In this document: positions 24,601 through 37,605 of the stretch, piece by piece
Numbering within the stretch: the first letter of the stretch is position 1
Layout: every line of letters begins with the position of its first letter
Source of the DNA: Chrysomallon squamiferum
Taxonomy: Eukaryota > Animalia > Mollusca
Assembly (NCBI GenBank): GCA_012295275.1
Contig: CM022670.1
Span: forward strand, 36,146,001-36,210,000
Length of the DNA stretch: 64,000 nucleotides
Reading direction: 5' to 3'
The notes under the pieces: generated by a model
What the model saw: the letters and a program-made list of their open reading frames with translations, nothing else
What the model was told of the DNA's origin: nothing
The model's database searches: none
Made by a program: the position numbers and the translations under genes

Positions 24601-27600
24601 AATTTTTTTATTTTTTTTTTTTTTCATTTGTAGTATTTATAATATTTTATTAATTTCTCTTGAAATATAATTCAGGAATTTTTATATCTTTAGAAAATAA
24701 TTACCTCTTTATATTTTGAAAGATTGTGACATTTTTGTTTTTAATCATGTATTTCCTTCTGATTTCAGACACGCTTTGAAGAACTTAGAAAGATTGACAA
24801 AAGCAATAAACAAACATCTAGTGCTATGAAGGTATATTTTTGTTAATTTAACTGAAGCTTTCATTTCCCTGTATGAATTCAGAAATTGTTGAATGCTTTT
24901 ATATTGGGTGTATCGGTGATGTGACTACAGTTAACAAATTTGATTACTAATAATTTGTGCATGGTAGACCTGAGATATATCATAACTAAAAGGAGCAGTT
25001 TTACTTTGTGTTTTTGTCTACATATAGTGGCATATATGCACGTGAAAATAGTGAAGGCATATTCATTTTTGAAATAATGGCATCTAAAATAAATGAATAT
25101 AGAGTGTTTGTGTCATGTTTTACAGACCCAGAGATACATTGAAGCTGCAGAAGAAGCAATGTCACCTGCTTTACATCTAGTGCGACCACTTTTCCCAGAC
25201 AAGATATGGGATGATATCAGGTGTGTGATACAGTTTTTATTTTTATTGGGTTGGCAAATAAGATCCCGTCGTTTTTTTAATTAAAATTTTTTAATGAAAA
25301 CAGCGGGAACTTAGTTGCCAACCCAATATATTTATTTTAAATGCAATACCTGTTATGTACAGGTAACTTATTTATTACCCAGAAACGTACAGCCTGATGG
25401 AAATGGTTTTTATTTAACAAAAATAAATAAAAAAATAAATATATTTTAAAAAAATCAAACTATTTCATCTTTTATAAACAGACTAACCAAACATAAAGAA
25501 AATCTTTCATTAGGCAGTATTTTATATATATCTTTTTTCTGTTATTGGATTTTTTGTTTCATTTTTGTTTTGTTTTGTTTTGTTTTATTTTGGAATATTT
25601 TATAATATAAATTTATGTAGTATCATTTAAAAAGTGACTCTCATTGTTTATTTTATACTTATATTTTGCAGCCCATTGTTCTATATGACATTTTGGACTC
25701 TGTCGATGTATGATTTATATGTCCCTACTGCTGCCTATGAAAAGCAGATCGTGATACTACAGCAACAGATCACTCACATTGAAGACAATAAAGACATGGT
25801 AGGTAAACATAGTCCAGAAAACCCAGAATAAAGACTGTACAGTTACTATTCCTGGTATTTACCTTAAAATTTGTTTGATATGCAAAATATCAGCAAAATG
25901 CTAAGTGTTCTTTGACCAACCTTTAAGTGGTTAAAATAGATGTCTTGAGTGAAGAGTTTGTGGGGTGGGGTGGGGGGTATTTTTTTTTTTTTTTCCTTAC
26001 TGTTATTGCTTTAATTACATTTGGTAGCTTTCCTAGAGTTTATTTCTTGTTACTTTCAGCAACAAAGCAAGAAGAAGAAAGAAAAAGAAAGATGTACAAA
26101 CTTGATAGAAAAGTTGAAGGATGAAGAAAAGAAACAGACTGACCATGTGAACAGAGTGTTGGGAAGACTGAAACATGACCAGGACAAGTGGATTTTATCA
26201 GGTGACTTTTAAAAAATATTTAAAAATTTCATAGATAGATAGATATATATATACACATACATACATAAATATAGACACCCACACGCAATCATATATATAA
26301 GTAATATTTTATAAATCTACACATTTTACATCTAATGTAGTGGTGTCTTTTTTAATATTATCAATAGATTTATGGGATGGATTTATTCTGGTGGTCAATA
26401 AAAATAGAAACTTATTGGGGAAATAAGAGTAAAAAGCTAACTGATGTTTTCTATTCAGGATCAACAAAGAATGAGACTGTCACACAGTTACTTCAGCTGT
26501 GTATATTTCCAAGGTGCTGCTTCACTGCCAGTGATGCTATTTTCTGTGCCAAGTTCATTCACATTCTTCATGACCTCAAGACTCCAAACTTCTCTACACT
26601 CATCTGTTTTGACAGGGTATTGTATTTACACCAGTGATCTTTTTATTTTGAATTTTTATTATTTTATGTCATCATCATCATCATTGTTAATATTAAAAAT
26701 ATGATTTTATTAAATTTATAGAACGTTTGATACCAGTATTTTTCTCAAAAAGTTCATATTCCAGTATAATCTTCTAACATAACGTTACTGTTTTTCAGTT
26801 GAACTTTATTTTTCTTCTGTTGTAGACTAATTAATGTTTACTGAAATATTATTTATAAAGTTTGTAAGTGATTTTGTTTGTTTTTAGATCTTCTGTGATA
26901 TTACCTACTCTGTGACTAGCTGTACAGAGAATGAAGCTCATCGATATGGCCGTTTCCTGTGTGCAGCTTTGGGAACTGTGATGAAATGGCACAGTGATAT
27001 TGAAATTTATGAAAAGGTGAGATAATTACACTGTCAGAAACTTCATACACTGATTTAGTATTTTAATTATGATATCTTTTAAACAACACACCAGTGATGA
27101 GAAAACTGCCAAAGGTGACTGTCAGTGATACCTAAATGATAGGCCTGAGGTGTGTGGTTAATGGATATTTATAAGTATTTTTGATATTTACAATGCAAGG
27201 GTAATTTTTGTGTCTTCTGCTGCTGCAAAGTGTGGGTTAAACATACTGCAAACAAAGCTTTGATTATTTAGAATTCTTAGATGATTATCAGTCATGAAAT
27301 AGGTCTCAAAATCTCTTTCCTTATATGTTTAAATGTTACAAGTAATTGGTAAGATTTTAAAAAATAATAATAATAAAATTTATTTCGATATTTTTTAGAA
27401 ATTGAAAAGTTTTGTAAAATTAAGATCTTGTTAATTTCAGTATAATAAATTTTGGTCTGCCTTTTTTCTTCTTTTTTTTAAAAATATTTAATAATCATCA
27501 ATTTAATCTCAATTAAATATTGTTTCATTAAAGACAATATTTTGAGAATAAATTGCTTAAATCATTTAGAAAAAAATGCTAATCACACTTCAATAAATAA

Positions 27601-29357
27601 AACAGAAAAGTTACATTTTTGTATCTCAGGTAACTATTCCTCTAACAATGTTACCACAGTCAAATATCTTTTTAAAAGTGCTGCTGATATAATTTTATAA
27701 GATGTTTGTTTATGTGGACACACCAGTGAAGAGAAATGCCAGACTTGATTGTCAGTGATTTTTCAATCGATAGGCCTGAGGTGTGATCACATACTGAATT
27801 TTAAACTTACATATTGTATGATGATTGGGATTTTTTGAGGGTTTTTTTAATTATTTATTTATTATTTTTTTTTTTTTTTTTTTTTTTTTTAAACGACAAA
27901 GAGCATGCTTAAATAATTTATAGTTTTTATCATGCTTGTCCAGACTAATGTAGTATGAAACACCCTTAAAGCCATGATCACATTTCTTGCATTTAAAAGG
28001 CATGAGAATATTTTATTTTACCTGATTTTGGATTAAAATGCTAAATGTTAACAATTTTCATTGAAATGTCTAAAGTTGGTACATACCAGTGATGAAAAAA
28101 CTGCCATTTGTGATTTTCTGTGATTTGCAAATGATAGGGCTGAGGTTTTGTTTGTTTAACCATGAAAGATTTTTCAGTTTTCAATTGAATTTAATGTAAT
28201 TACATGATAATTTTACTTTTTATTACTTGTGTGAAAGCTGTTATTCAGCAATTGAATTATAGTTAAATTAGTAGGCTATCTAACATCAGCAAATTCTCCA
28301 TTACATAATTAAAGATTAATTGCATAAACATTTTTTCAGGAGGTGTACCAAAAGCATAGATATTTTTTGGTTAAGGAACAATCATTAAGATTTTAGGCAA
28401 ATATTTAGCATAATTTTGATCATGCTCATATAATTTGTTATGACAAATGTATTTTATATACATAATATATATTATTACTATGTGACGTTTTATTTAATTT
28501 TATTTGTGTGTTTGCATATATATTTTTTCTGAATAATTTGTATTAGACAAGCCAGTGATGACAATCAGCCATACTTGATAAATAATGAATAGTAAATGAT
28601 AGGCCTGAGGCTTGTCACCTTAAGTTTAGTGTGATTTATTTATTTATTTTTATTGATTAACGTCAGCTGTTCAACCAGGGTTCATCTCGGTTCTTTCCTC
28701 CTGCTTTTATTATAACTTTTTATTCTAGTAAAATCAAAACCTGTTTATTTTTTTAAAATCTAGTAAATAAAGGTATTAACTTGGTTCAGTTACCTACTGT
28801 TTTTAGTTTAGTTTTACAAAAAAATAAGTGAATTTTGAATGTTATAGTAAGGTGTGCATAATCAATCTAGAAAGTTAACCATCCTGACAGTCATGGATAA
28901 TTTTGATTGTTCTTTGCAATTCTGTGTCTTCTGGTAAACATTGACACTTGTGCGGGAAAAGGCACTGGACATATTTTTTTTTACCATTTATCCCGTTTTA
29001 GAGGACTTTTTTAAATACGAAATAATGATAATTTCTGAATGTGGTTAATAAAACTTGTAAGTCAAAAACATCATTGATTTAAATGACCTGATTTAGTATA
29101 TAATATAAAAAGAGGAAACAATGATGAATGTTGGTTAAACATTTGAATACTGGTAGAAATGTTGCATCTGGGATAAGCCAGTGATGAAAAAAAGCCATAC
29201 TTGAAACACTGAGAATAGTAAATGATAGGCCAGAGGCATGTCATCAGAAAAAAAATGCTTTTTAGCAATCTGTTAACCTCATCAGAGATTCATTCTTTAT
29301 TAAAATAAACTGTAGAAAAGAGAGAGTATATGAGAGATAAGAGAAATATGTATGTAT

Positions 29358-29416
<59 letters not shown>

Positions 29417-31386
29417 GTGAGAGTGTTTATTCAGCTATAATTATACTTTATTTTAATTTACAGGATTGTGCCAACTTCCCAGGGTTTGTGACCATTTTCA
29501 GGAAAAAAATGGACCACACTGCAAAAGCACCTGTAGAAAACTTAGACTATGAAAATTACAGACATGTTTGTCATAAGTGGCATTTCAGAATCACAAAGGT
29601 AATCAGAAACAAAATGTTACTTTTTAGTTTGATTGAACAATGTCATAAAATAATAAATTAAAAATATATATATTCTAAATACTAATATTATTTTGCTGAT
29701 GAAGAAAGAACAAAGTTATGGCTTAGTTGCAGGATTACTAGAAACATTTTAATGCAGTATGTGTTGACATTCTTTGGGATAAAGTTGATGGATTATCTTC
29801 ACATACATTATTGAAAAAATATATATTCAGAATGAAAATTTTATTTTACTGTTTTATTTTTATTTTTTCAGGCAATGGTTGCATGTTTGGAGTCAGGGAA
29901 CTACATTCAGATCCGAAATGCACTGATTGTTTTGACAAAGGTATGCTTTCATTAGTTTATATTGAGGAAAAAATTACACTTTTTCATAAATTTGATTTTG
30001 AAATACATGTTTATGCAATGTTGTTTTTTGTTTTGTTTTTGTTTTTGCTTGCTTACTTTGTTTTCAGTCGAAATGTACTCAAAATGTAAGCATTTTTTTG
30101 GCATATCAATGATGAAACAATGCTTACCAAATATGAACTGTAATGATTCATAAAATATATTAATCTGAGATGTGTCAAAAGTTTAGCAAATGACTGTAAT
30201 GTTGTTGGTTTGTAATGAGTGTACACAAGTAATTGTAAGTAAATTTAAATCATAAAGTTATATTTTGATTCTAGAGAAGCCTTTTTTTTTTAAATTTTAA
30301 TTTTTTTGTTTTGTTTTTTTTATTAAGGGAAAAGTAGATCATTGTTATGTTTTGGGTTTTTTTTTTTAAGAAGGGGTTGGATTGCTATTGTATTAACTTT
30401 TTTTAATTTCCCTATTTTTTTTTATTTTTTTTTTTATATATATATCTTAGATGAGTTGGGAAAGTTTTTTGTAGAGTTGATGGGTTGTGTTTATTTGATA
30501 AAACAAAGTATTAGTAAATTTAAACTGTATGAACTACATTAACTGTCATCCTTTGTATCAATTTTTTTAGTTATTTATTTTTTGTTTGTTTCCCTTATCA
30601 ATGATGTAACTGTTTACCAAATATGATTAATAATGATTCATGCATGGTAGACCTGAGATGTGTAAAATATTAATAGGCTTATGTTACTGTAAAAGTAATA
30701 GTAAAAAAAAAAAAAAATATATATATTTACAATTTTTAATATTCATTTGTTACTGATTGGATACATTCATTTTGGCTTAGGTCATTAGAAAAATACAGCA
30801 AGCAGAAAAATATGTTTATCTGTCCATACTTGACACCTGTAATGCTGTTTATTTACAGGAATCATCTTTTGTTTCATAAATTAGGAATAGCCTCACAGAT
30901 TTTAAACCATCTTCTTTGACCTGTTGATAAAGTTTACCTTTACCTACTTGGTATTTATGCAGTCCTACCTTTTATTTTATTTTGGGTACAGAGTTACAGT
31001 TATCATTTTATGTTTGATTTGGTTTTAATTAACTAATTGCTAATGGATGTGTAATGTGTCCATATGGTTATTTTAAATTAAAAATCATTTTTAGATATGT
31101 AAGTTATCTTTGGCATATCAGTGATGTAATAAAGCTTACCAAATATGATCCTCAGTGATTCACAAATATTAATCTGAGATGTGTCAATTTTAAAAGAAAA
31201 TGATTCTGTTAGTAATGCTTTTATGCGTAAACAAATGTACTCATTCAAAATTGATGTTACTTACAGTTAATATTTTAAATATTTTTAATTATCTGTAAAA
31301 CTTAATATTTAATTGATGTTTTGATACATTAATTTTGTTCTGAAATCATTACAAAATCTATCCAATCCTTCCAGTTATACAAAGGA

Positions 31387-31417
<31 letters not shown>

Positions 31418-34400
31418 TTTGTAATTTTTTTTTTTTTTTATTATTATTTTTTTAAGTAAGGAATTAGTACATTATTGATTAAATTTTTAACAACAAATTG
31501 ATTAAAATCAAATGACTGAAATACATTCGGTCACACAATAACTGATAATATCCCAGTTTTAACATTGAACTGTAACAATGACATATCAGTGAATGATTCA
31601 TAAGAAATGGATCTGAGATGACAAGTATGTTTTATAAAATATGATCAGGAATGATTCATAAGAACAACAGTTATCATTATATTTAAGTGTATGTGTATAT
31701 GTATTTGTGTTTCTGAAATATAATAAACGTTAGATAAATGGAGTACATACGGTGATATTTTGAGGGGTATGGATAATCACACTTTATATATATATATATC
31801 TATATATATATAATTCTGACTTCGTTAGTACATTTAATTAAATTATTTGAATCTGACAAAATCAAGATAGACACTATTGTATATTGTATTTTAAATACCA
31901 ATGATGTTAAAATGCTTACCAAATATGAATCACATGATTCACTATTAATAAAATCTGAGGTATGATGAAGTTAATGAAATGATTTTAGTGAAGTCTCTAT
32001 CTGGACTTTGAAAATAAATTAATTTGATAACACATCTTTTATGCTTTATTAGATTATCAGACAATTTCCAATTTTTGTGATTTTTTTTTTTTTAAATTTA
32101 TTTATTTAATTTTATTTTTTTCATTTCTGTTGCATATATATATTAGGATATTTTCTGAAACTTTCAGATAGTCTGTTTATCCAAACTTTTAAAATGTAAA
32201 AGTCAGTTATTTTGCTATTTTATGTAAAACTTTACATACCAGTGATGTTCAAATGCTTACCAAATATGAATTGTATGATTCAGTATTAACATAATCTGAG
32301 GTGTGTTTAAGTTATAATATCATTTTATTGAATAAAATGTATGTTAGGATTTCTGTTGATACTAAGAGGTTTGTGCTTTTGAAAGAGTAAATTAATCTTG
32401 AGAGCTAAAATAATGGTTAAAATCAAAGACTTTGTTGTCTAACAATATACTTATACATTTTTACAATTTTATTAACTTTTAAAAATTGATTATATGTTTC
32501 AGATTTTGTCTCATTATCCCAGAATAACTCAGTTTGGACAGGCTCTTGAGAGAAGGGTTGACCGTCTAAGTAAAGAAGAAAAAGACAAAAGACCTGATAT
32601 CTATGCTATAGCCATGGGGTAAGAATAAACTGAAAATAAAAATAAAAAAAAACCAAAACAGAAAGATAAATAGCTAACTGTATTTGGATAAAAGAACATC
32701 TGTGCTTTGAAATTAATAAAACACTTAACACCAGTTGCAGAACAGAAAAGCAATTGTTTATAAAATATTTTGTTAACTTTTTTTTTCCAGATATGCAGGA
32801 CAGCTGAAAAGTAAAAGGATGACCTGGGTTCCAGAGCATTCATTTCACATCAAAGAAGAGGTAAGTGAGATGGTGGAAAATAGGTGTTTCATTTAAAGCA
32901 GCTTTCTCACTGTGCTGTCAAGTATTCCAAATTATATTTTTTATTTATCATTGTAGGCTCTGACTCAATCACTTCATCCTAAATTTGTTCCAATGTATCT
33001 CTGAGACCTTACCTTTTTTTTATTAGCCTGATCAAAACTCTGAATTATTCTGATTCTTTTAGAGACAGACAGTATTTCATGGCATAGTTCATCATAAAAT
33101 TAAATGTAGAAGTTTAGACAGTAAAATTATAAAGTTTTAATATGCATTAATTTTAATTTAATTTTTTGTAGAAAAAGGGAGAGGCCAAAGTTTCAAATGG
33201 ACCGGTTCAGAAGACAGAGGTGAAGCAATCTGGATCAAAAGAAAACATGGCAAAGAAACTTGATAATGACTGTGAGCATATAAATCACATTTAAAAACAT
33301 GCATAATTTTATAAAGTGATAAAGTTTTGTTTTATTATTATTAGTATGAGGATTTTCTGTTTTAGCAGAACTGATTATTGTTATCAAAAATTACTTCTTT
33401 GCTCTTTATAATTTGAAGATCATATAGAACATGTTATTACCTGAATCCTTTTTATGCACATATTTTGTGGTTAATCCAGATATTTTGTTCCTGTTTCTAT
33501 TTTAAAGTATCTGACTTTTTTCTTCTAAATTTATTTTAGCTAAAGGGAAAGATGGCAAAGAGAACAAGGAAAAGAAAGAAAAAAATGTGGAGAAACGAGA
33601 GAAGACAGCAGAAAAGAAAGAAAAAAAGGAAGCTAAGGAGAAAAAAGAGAAGAAATCGAGTGACCATGGTGCAAAGGAAAGTTCTGGCAGGTTAGAGACT
33701 GTTTTAAAATTCAGTAATAAATTAGTTTATAATGAAATAATGATGACAAGAGAAGCCTCCATGGGCACCTTTATTAAAACAAAATAATTAAAAAATGTTT
33801 TATTACTATCAACAAGAAAACATTTTCATTGATGTAACACACTAATTTTAATATTATTGTTTTGATCAGTTGTTTTTTTCTACCATTGTTCGTTTTTGAT
33901 GTTGGACCTATAACAAAAGATACATCTCTGGAACTAGAAAAGATATATTTAACATATTTCCAATTTACTGAATTATCACAGTGACGATATTTACAATACG
34001 GTTCAGTAGTTGTTGCTTTTTATATCTTCCAGCAAAACACCACGAGAAAAAAGTAATGAGACTGACAGAAGTAGCAAAGACAAAAATGGTTCAGACGATA
34101 CCAAAGAAAAAACTGGGAAGGATGTTCACCAAGGTGATGGAGACAAGCCTGATGCAGTTGGAGTGAAGGAAAACGGAAAGAGTGAGGGAAAGAGCAAAAA
34201 AAGTGACAAGAAAACGAAAGAGGAGAAAGTTGCAAAGCTGAAAGTTAAGAGAGAGAAACAGGAGATGTTGGATGAGAGACGCGCTGAGAAAGAGAAAGGA
34301 AAGCACAGCCTGGGCAAGGAGTATGAGAAGACTGATGAGAGGGCAAACACATCAAGAGAAGAGAGATCATCATCATCAGCCATGACGTCCAGCAGCAATC

Positions 34401-37400
34401 TCAGTTCACAAAGACAGAGCGAAGACTCTTTCACAAAATATGTTGATGAAAGAGGTAAGGACGGTATGAATTAAAAACATTTTTGGAAAATTATTTATAT
34501 ATGTGTGTATATATTATTTTTTATTTTTTATTTTTTATTTTTTCAGTTTACATATAGTGAAAAGTTATTATATATGTGTGTGTGTGTATGTGTGTATGTT
34601 TTCTATATTTTGAACCAGAAAAATCTTGGACATTTTAATGCAAGTTTTTTGTAAATTTCTGAAGAACAGAAAACCTGTAATTTGAATCTGTTAAATGAAC
34701 CATGTTTGAAAAAATGGATTCACTGAGGTATATTCTCCAGTCTTTTTTTTTTTTTTATATAAATTGTCATATTGCAAATAGATGTAAAGAATATTAATAT
34801 TTAAACTTAAAAGAGAAACAGATTGTTATTTTCAAGTGTAGATTTTTTGTTTAAAGTCCATTTTCAGCTTTAGTTTTCATTAATAATGTTTTTTTCTTTT
34901 TCAAGATCCCAAAAGAAGGAAGATAGACGTAACGCCATCAAGTGGTAAGGTTAGTAATGTAGAATTAATGGAAGTATGTTCATAGCAGAGCAGCAGCTGG
35001 ATCACACACACGCAGCAGTGTCTTGCAGTTCAAGAGGTTCCTAGAGAAATCATGGGTAGAAGCCAGATGGAGCATTGATTGTTGTTTTCAGCATTTTCTG
35101 CACAGGGAGTTGACGCATGGAAGAGTCCTGCTTCAAAAGTTTAAAGTCTTGTTCTAGTTGCATTGAAATTCTCAAATACGGAAGTAAAAGTTTTCAGAAT
35201 CGGGCCGATAGGATCAGGATGTTCGACAGATGAAAATATCAAGTTTATGCAGTTATTAAAAAAAATCCCTACCAAAGTTTTTGAGTATAGTCCACAGATC
35301 AGTGTGGACATTTGCATAATAGGTATATAAAGTAATTTTTGCATGTAGCAACCTGGTGGAGGGTTATAGAAGGTCCACATGCCATTAGTTCAGCGAATAG
35401 CCGGTCAGGCAAGAGAAGCATAGAATATCTACATGAGGTCTTGCAAATAGCCAGTCAGTCGGTCATTAATTAAAAAAAAAAAAAGTTTCGAAGTTTAAAA
35501 TTGCTTAGAATCAGTCTTCTCTGAAATGAAGAATTAGAAGGTTCAAATTTCACCCTCTGAAGGTCATGATGCTGTCGAGAGCAAAAGAATCCTATTTGAA
35601 ATAAAAGCAAAAGTAAAGTTCATTTGAAGAGCAGATGAATGCTGTCAGATCTGTTTATCAAAAGACATTGCCTTTAAAAGAGAAAGAATAGAGGGGGTCA
35701 TCTTACAAAGAATACGAAGCCAGTCTGATCATCGAAGCTGCCTTTTGGTATACAGTCCCATAATTAAGTGCTGGGAGAAAGTTTCTTGCAAATGAAAATG
35801 ATATATATTTCTTATAAGAAGCAGGCCACGCCGTCTCTCAAATTCAGTATGCAGTCATCTTTATGGAGAGAAGTCTTTGTATTTCCTTGCAGGCTTAATC
35901 TTTCTCCGAATTTGTCCTGTTCCCGCACTAATTTTTACGAGCATCAAAAAAAAAAAACATTTTTAAATTTCATGAACAATTTGTATTTTGAGAAGAGTAA
36001 AGAAACGAAAGTATTTGCCATTTTGTTCATCCAGTCATCGCCGTATCCTGTTAATGGAAGAAGAAACCTCCATGGACTTTATTCCTACTTGTTTTCTGAA
36101 GCCTACACAAAAAAACTGATAAAACATCAACTACCTGAATGAAGATCACAGTGGACTGAATTATTTTCTGAATAGAACAGACATCACAAGTGGTTCTTTC
36201 CTACTTTTTTTTTTTTTTTCTTTGTCCCCCACCCAAAAGGAAGACTGTTGTTTACTTATAAAGTACAAACTTTTAGTTTAAAAAATGGAAAAGAATTGTG
36301 CATTTTTCTATAATTTTCATCTATTTTTATTATCCTGATTGATAGTCATTTTATTATTGTCCAAAAGAATTTTTAAAAATCATTCCAAAAATTACCAAAA
36401 TTTATAAATTAATTACTGTAAACAAAACTAAAATATGCCTGCATCAGTCTTCCTTTACAACTTTATTCTTTTTTTTTTTCTTTTTTTTTCCCCGATCTTT
36501 AGCTTTAAAAAAAAAAAAAAGGAAAAAAAAGTGGAATTTTTCAACTGCAGAAAATTCATTATCATTGTGAAATAGTTAATTAAGAATACATAGTATGATT
36601 TTTAATCATACAAAAACACTTTGGATCTTGTGTGCAAATTCAGAGAAATTCCAATATGTTGTGTTGCGTGATTTAAAAAAAAAGAAATGAGCAAGAATTT
36701 AAAAAAGCATTCCTGGAGTGCTCTTTGGTTTTGTTTTTTGTTCATTCATTTATTTATTTATTTATTTATCATTATTTTAAATCAAATTATTCAAAAGAGC
36801 CAGTTTGTTCAGTAATCCTATTCATCTGAAGACCAGATTCAAGATAGCAGCATGAACCTGAGAGGCAGCAGAGAGAAGATTTTCCCTGCCAGTATAATGA
36901 TAAAAGCTGTAGGGATATCACCAGCTGGCTAGTGTAATTGTCATCAAACAACACCTTTTGATAGATTCTGTGAAATCCAGTTAACTAATTACATTATTTT
37001 TGTAATGTTGTAGTGAGAATATCTGTTACTAATTACAGAAAAATAAAATGCAATAAAACTAAATTTGTTTTTATTAGTTTTCTTAGAATTGTTTCTAAGT
37101 AACTTGTTATCTGTGTGAGTTTAAACTTGTTCCTATGTAAAATTTTAAAAATTAGGTAAAATTAATTAAATTGGTCTGTTAATTCCTTTTCAGTGCTACT
37201 TTATTGTTAAATAATTTTTATAATGAGAAAAATACAAACAAAAAACATAATTTTTATATTCTTAAATTTTGCATTTCCATAGTTTATGTATTTATTTTAT
37301 TTTTTTTATTTTGAAACGCATTTTGAAATCATGAAACATTTCATCAGTTTACTCAAAAAATATTTGTAAAATATATTGGCTTCTAAGTGACATTCTTTCC

Positions 37401-37561
37401 TAGTAACCATGATCAAAGTTGTTTGTCACAGTTTATTATGTGTTTTGTGGTCACTGTTTTTCTTGGTCATGGAAAAAAAAAAAAAAAAAAAAAAATGTGT
37501 GTGTATTTATTTATTTTTTATTTTTGTTTATAATCATAATAACCATTAGTAATATATTTAT

Positions 37562-37605
<44 letters not shown>

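Noticed and set aside
26626-26645. TACACCAGTGATCT resembling the 5' end of snoRNA family A
   Set aside because: No matching guide, box D or closing stem downstream; at most a relic.
27105-27116. snoRNA family A D' guide targeting U2 snRNA (GCCAAAGG versus CCUUUUGGC)
   Set aside because: The match is imperfect and present in only one copy; the other paralogues differ at these positions.
34020-34434. Minus-strand ORFs 34020-34235, 34091-34306 and 34126-34434 (also 42403-42837)
   Set aside because: Antisense shadows of low-complexity THOC2 exons.
35768-36142. 124-aa ORF in the large THOC2 intron
   Set aside because: Non-ATG start, no recognisable domain, crosses a poly-A run, and has no clear splice context; better explained as UTR or intron.
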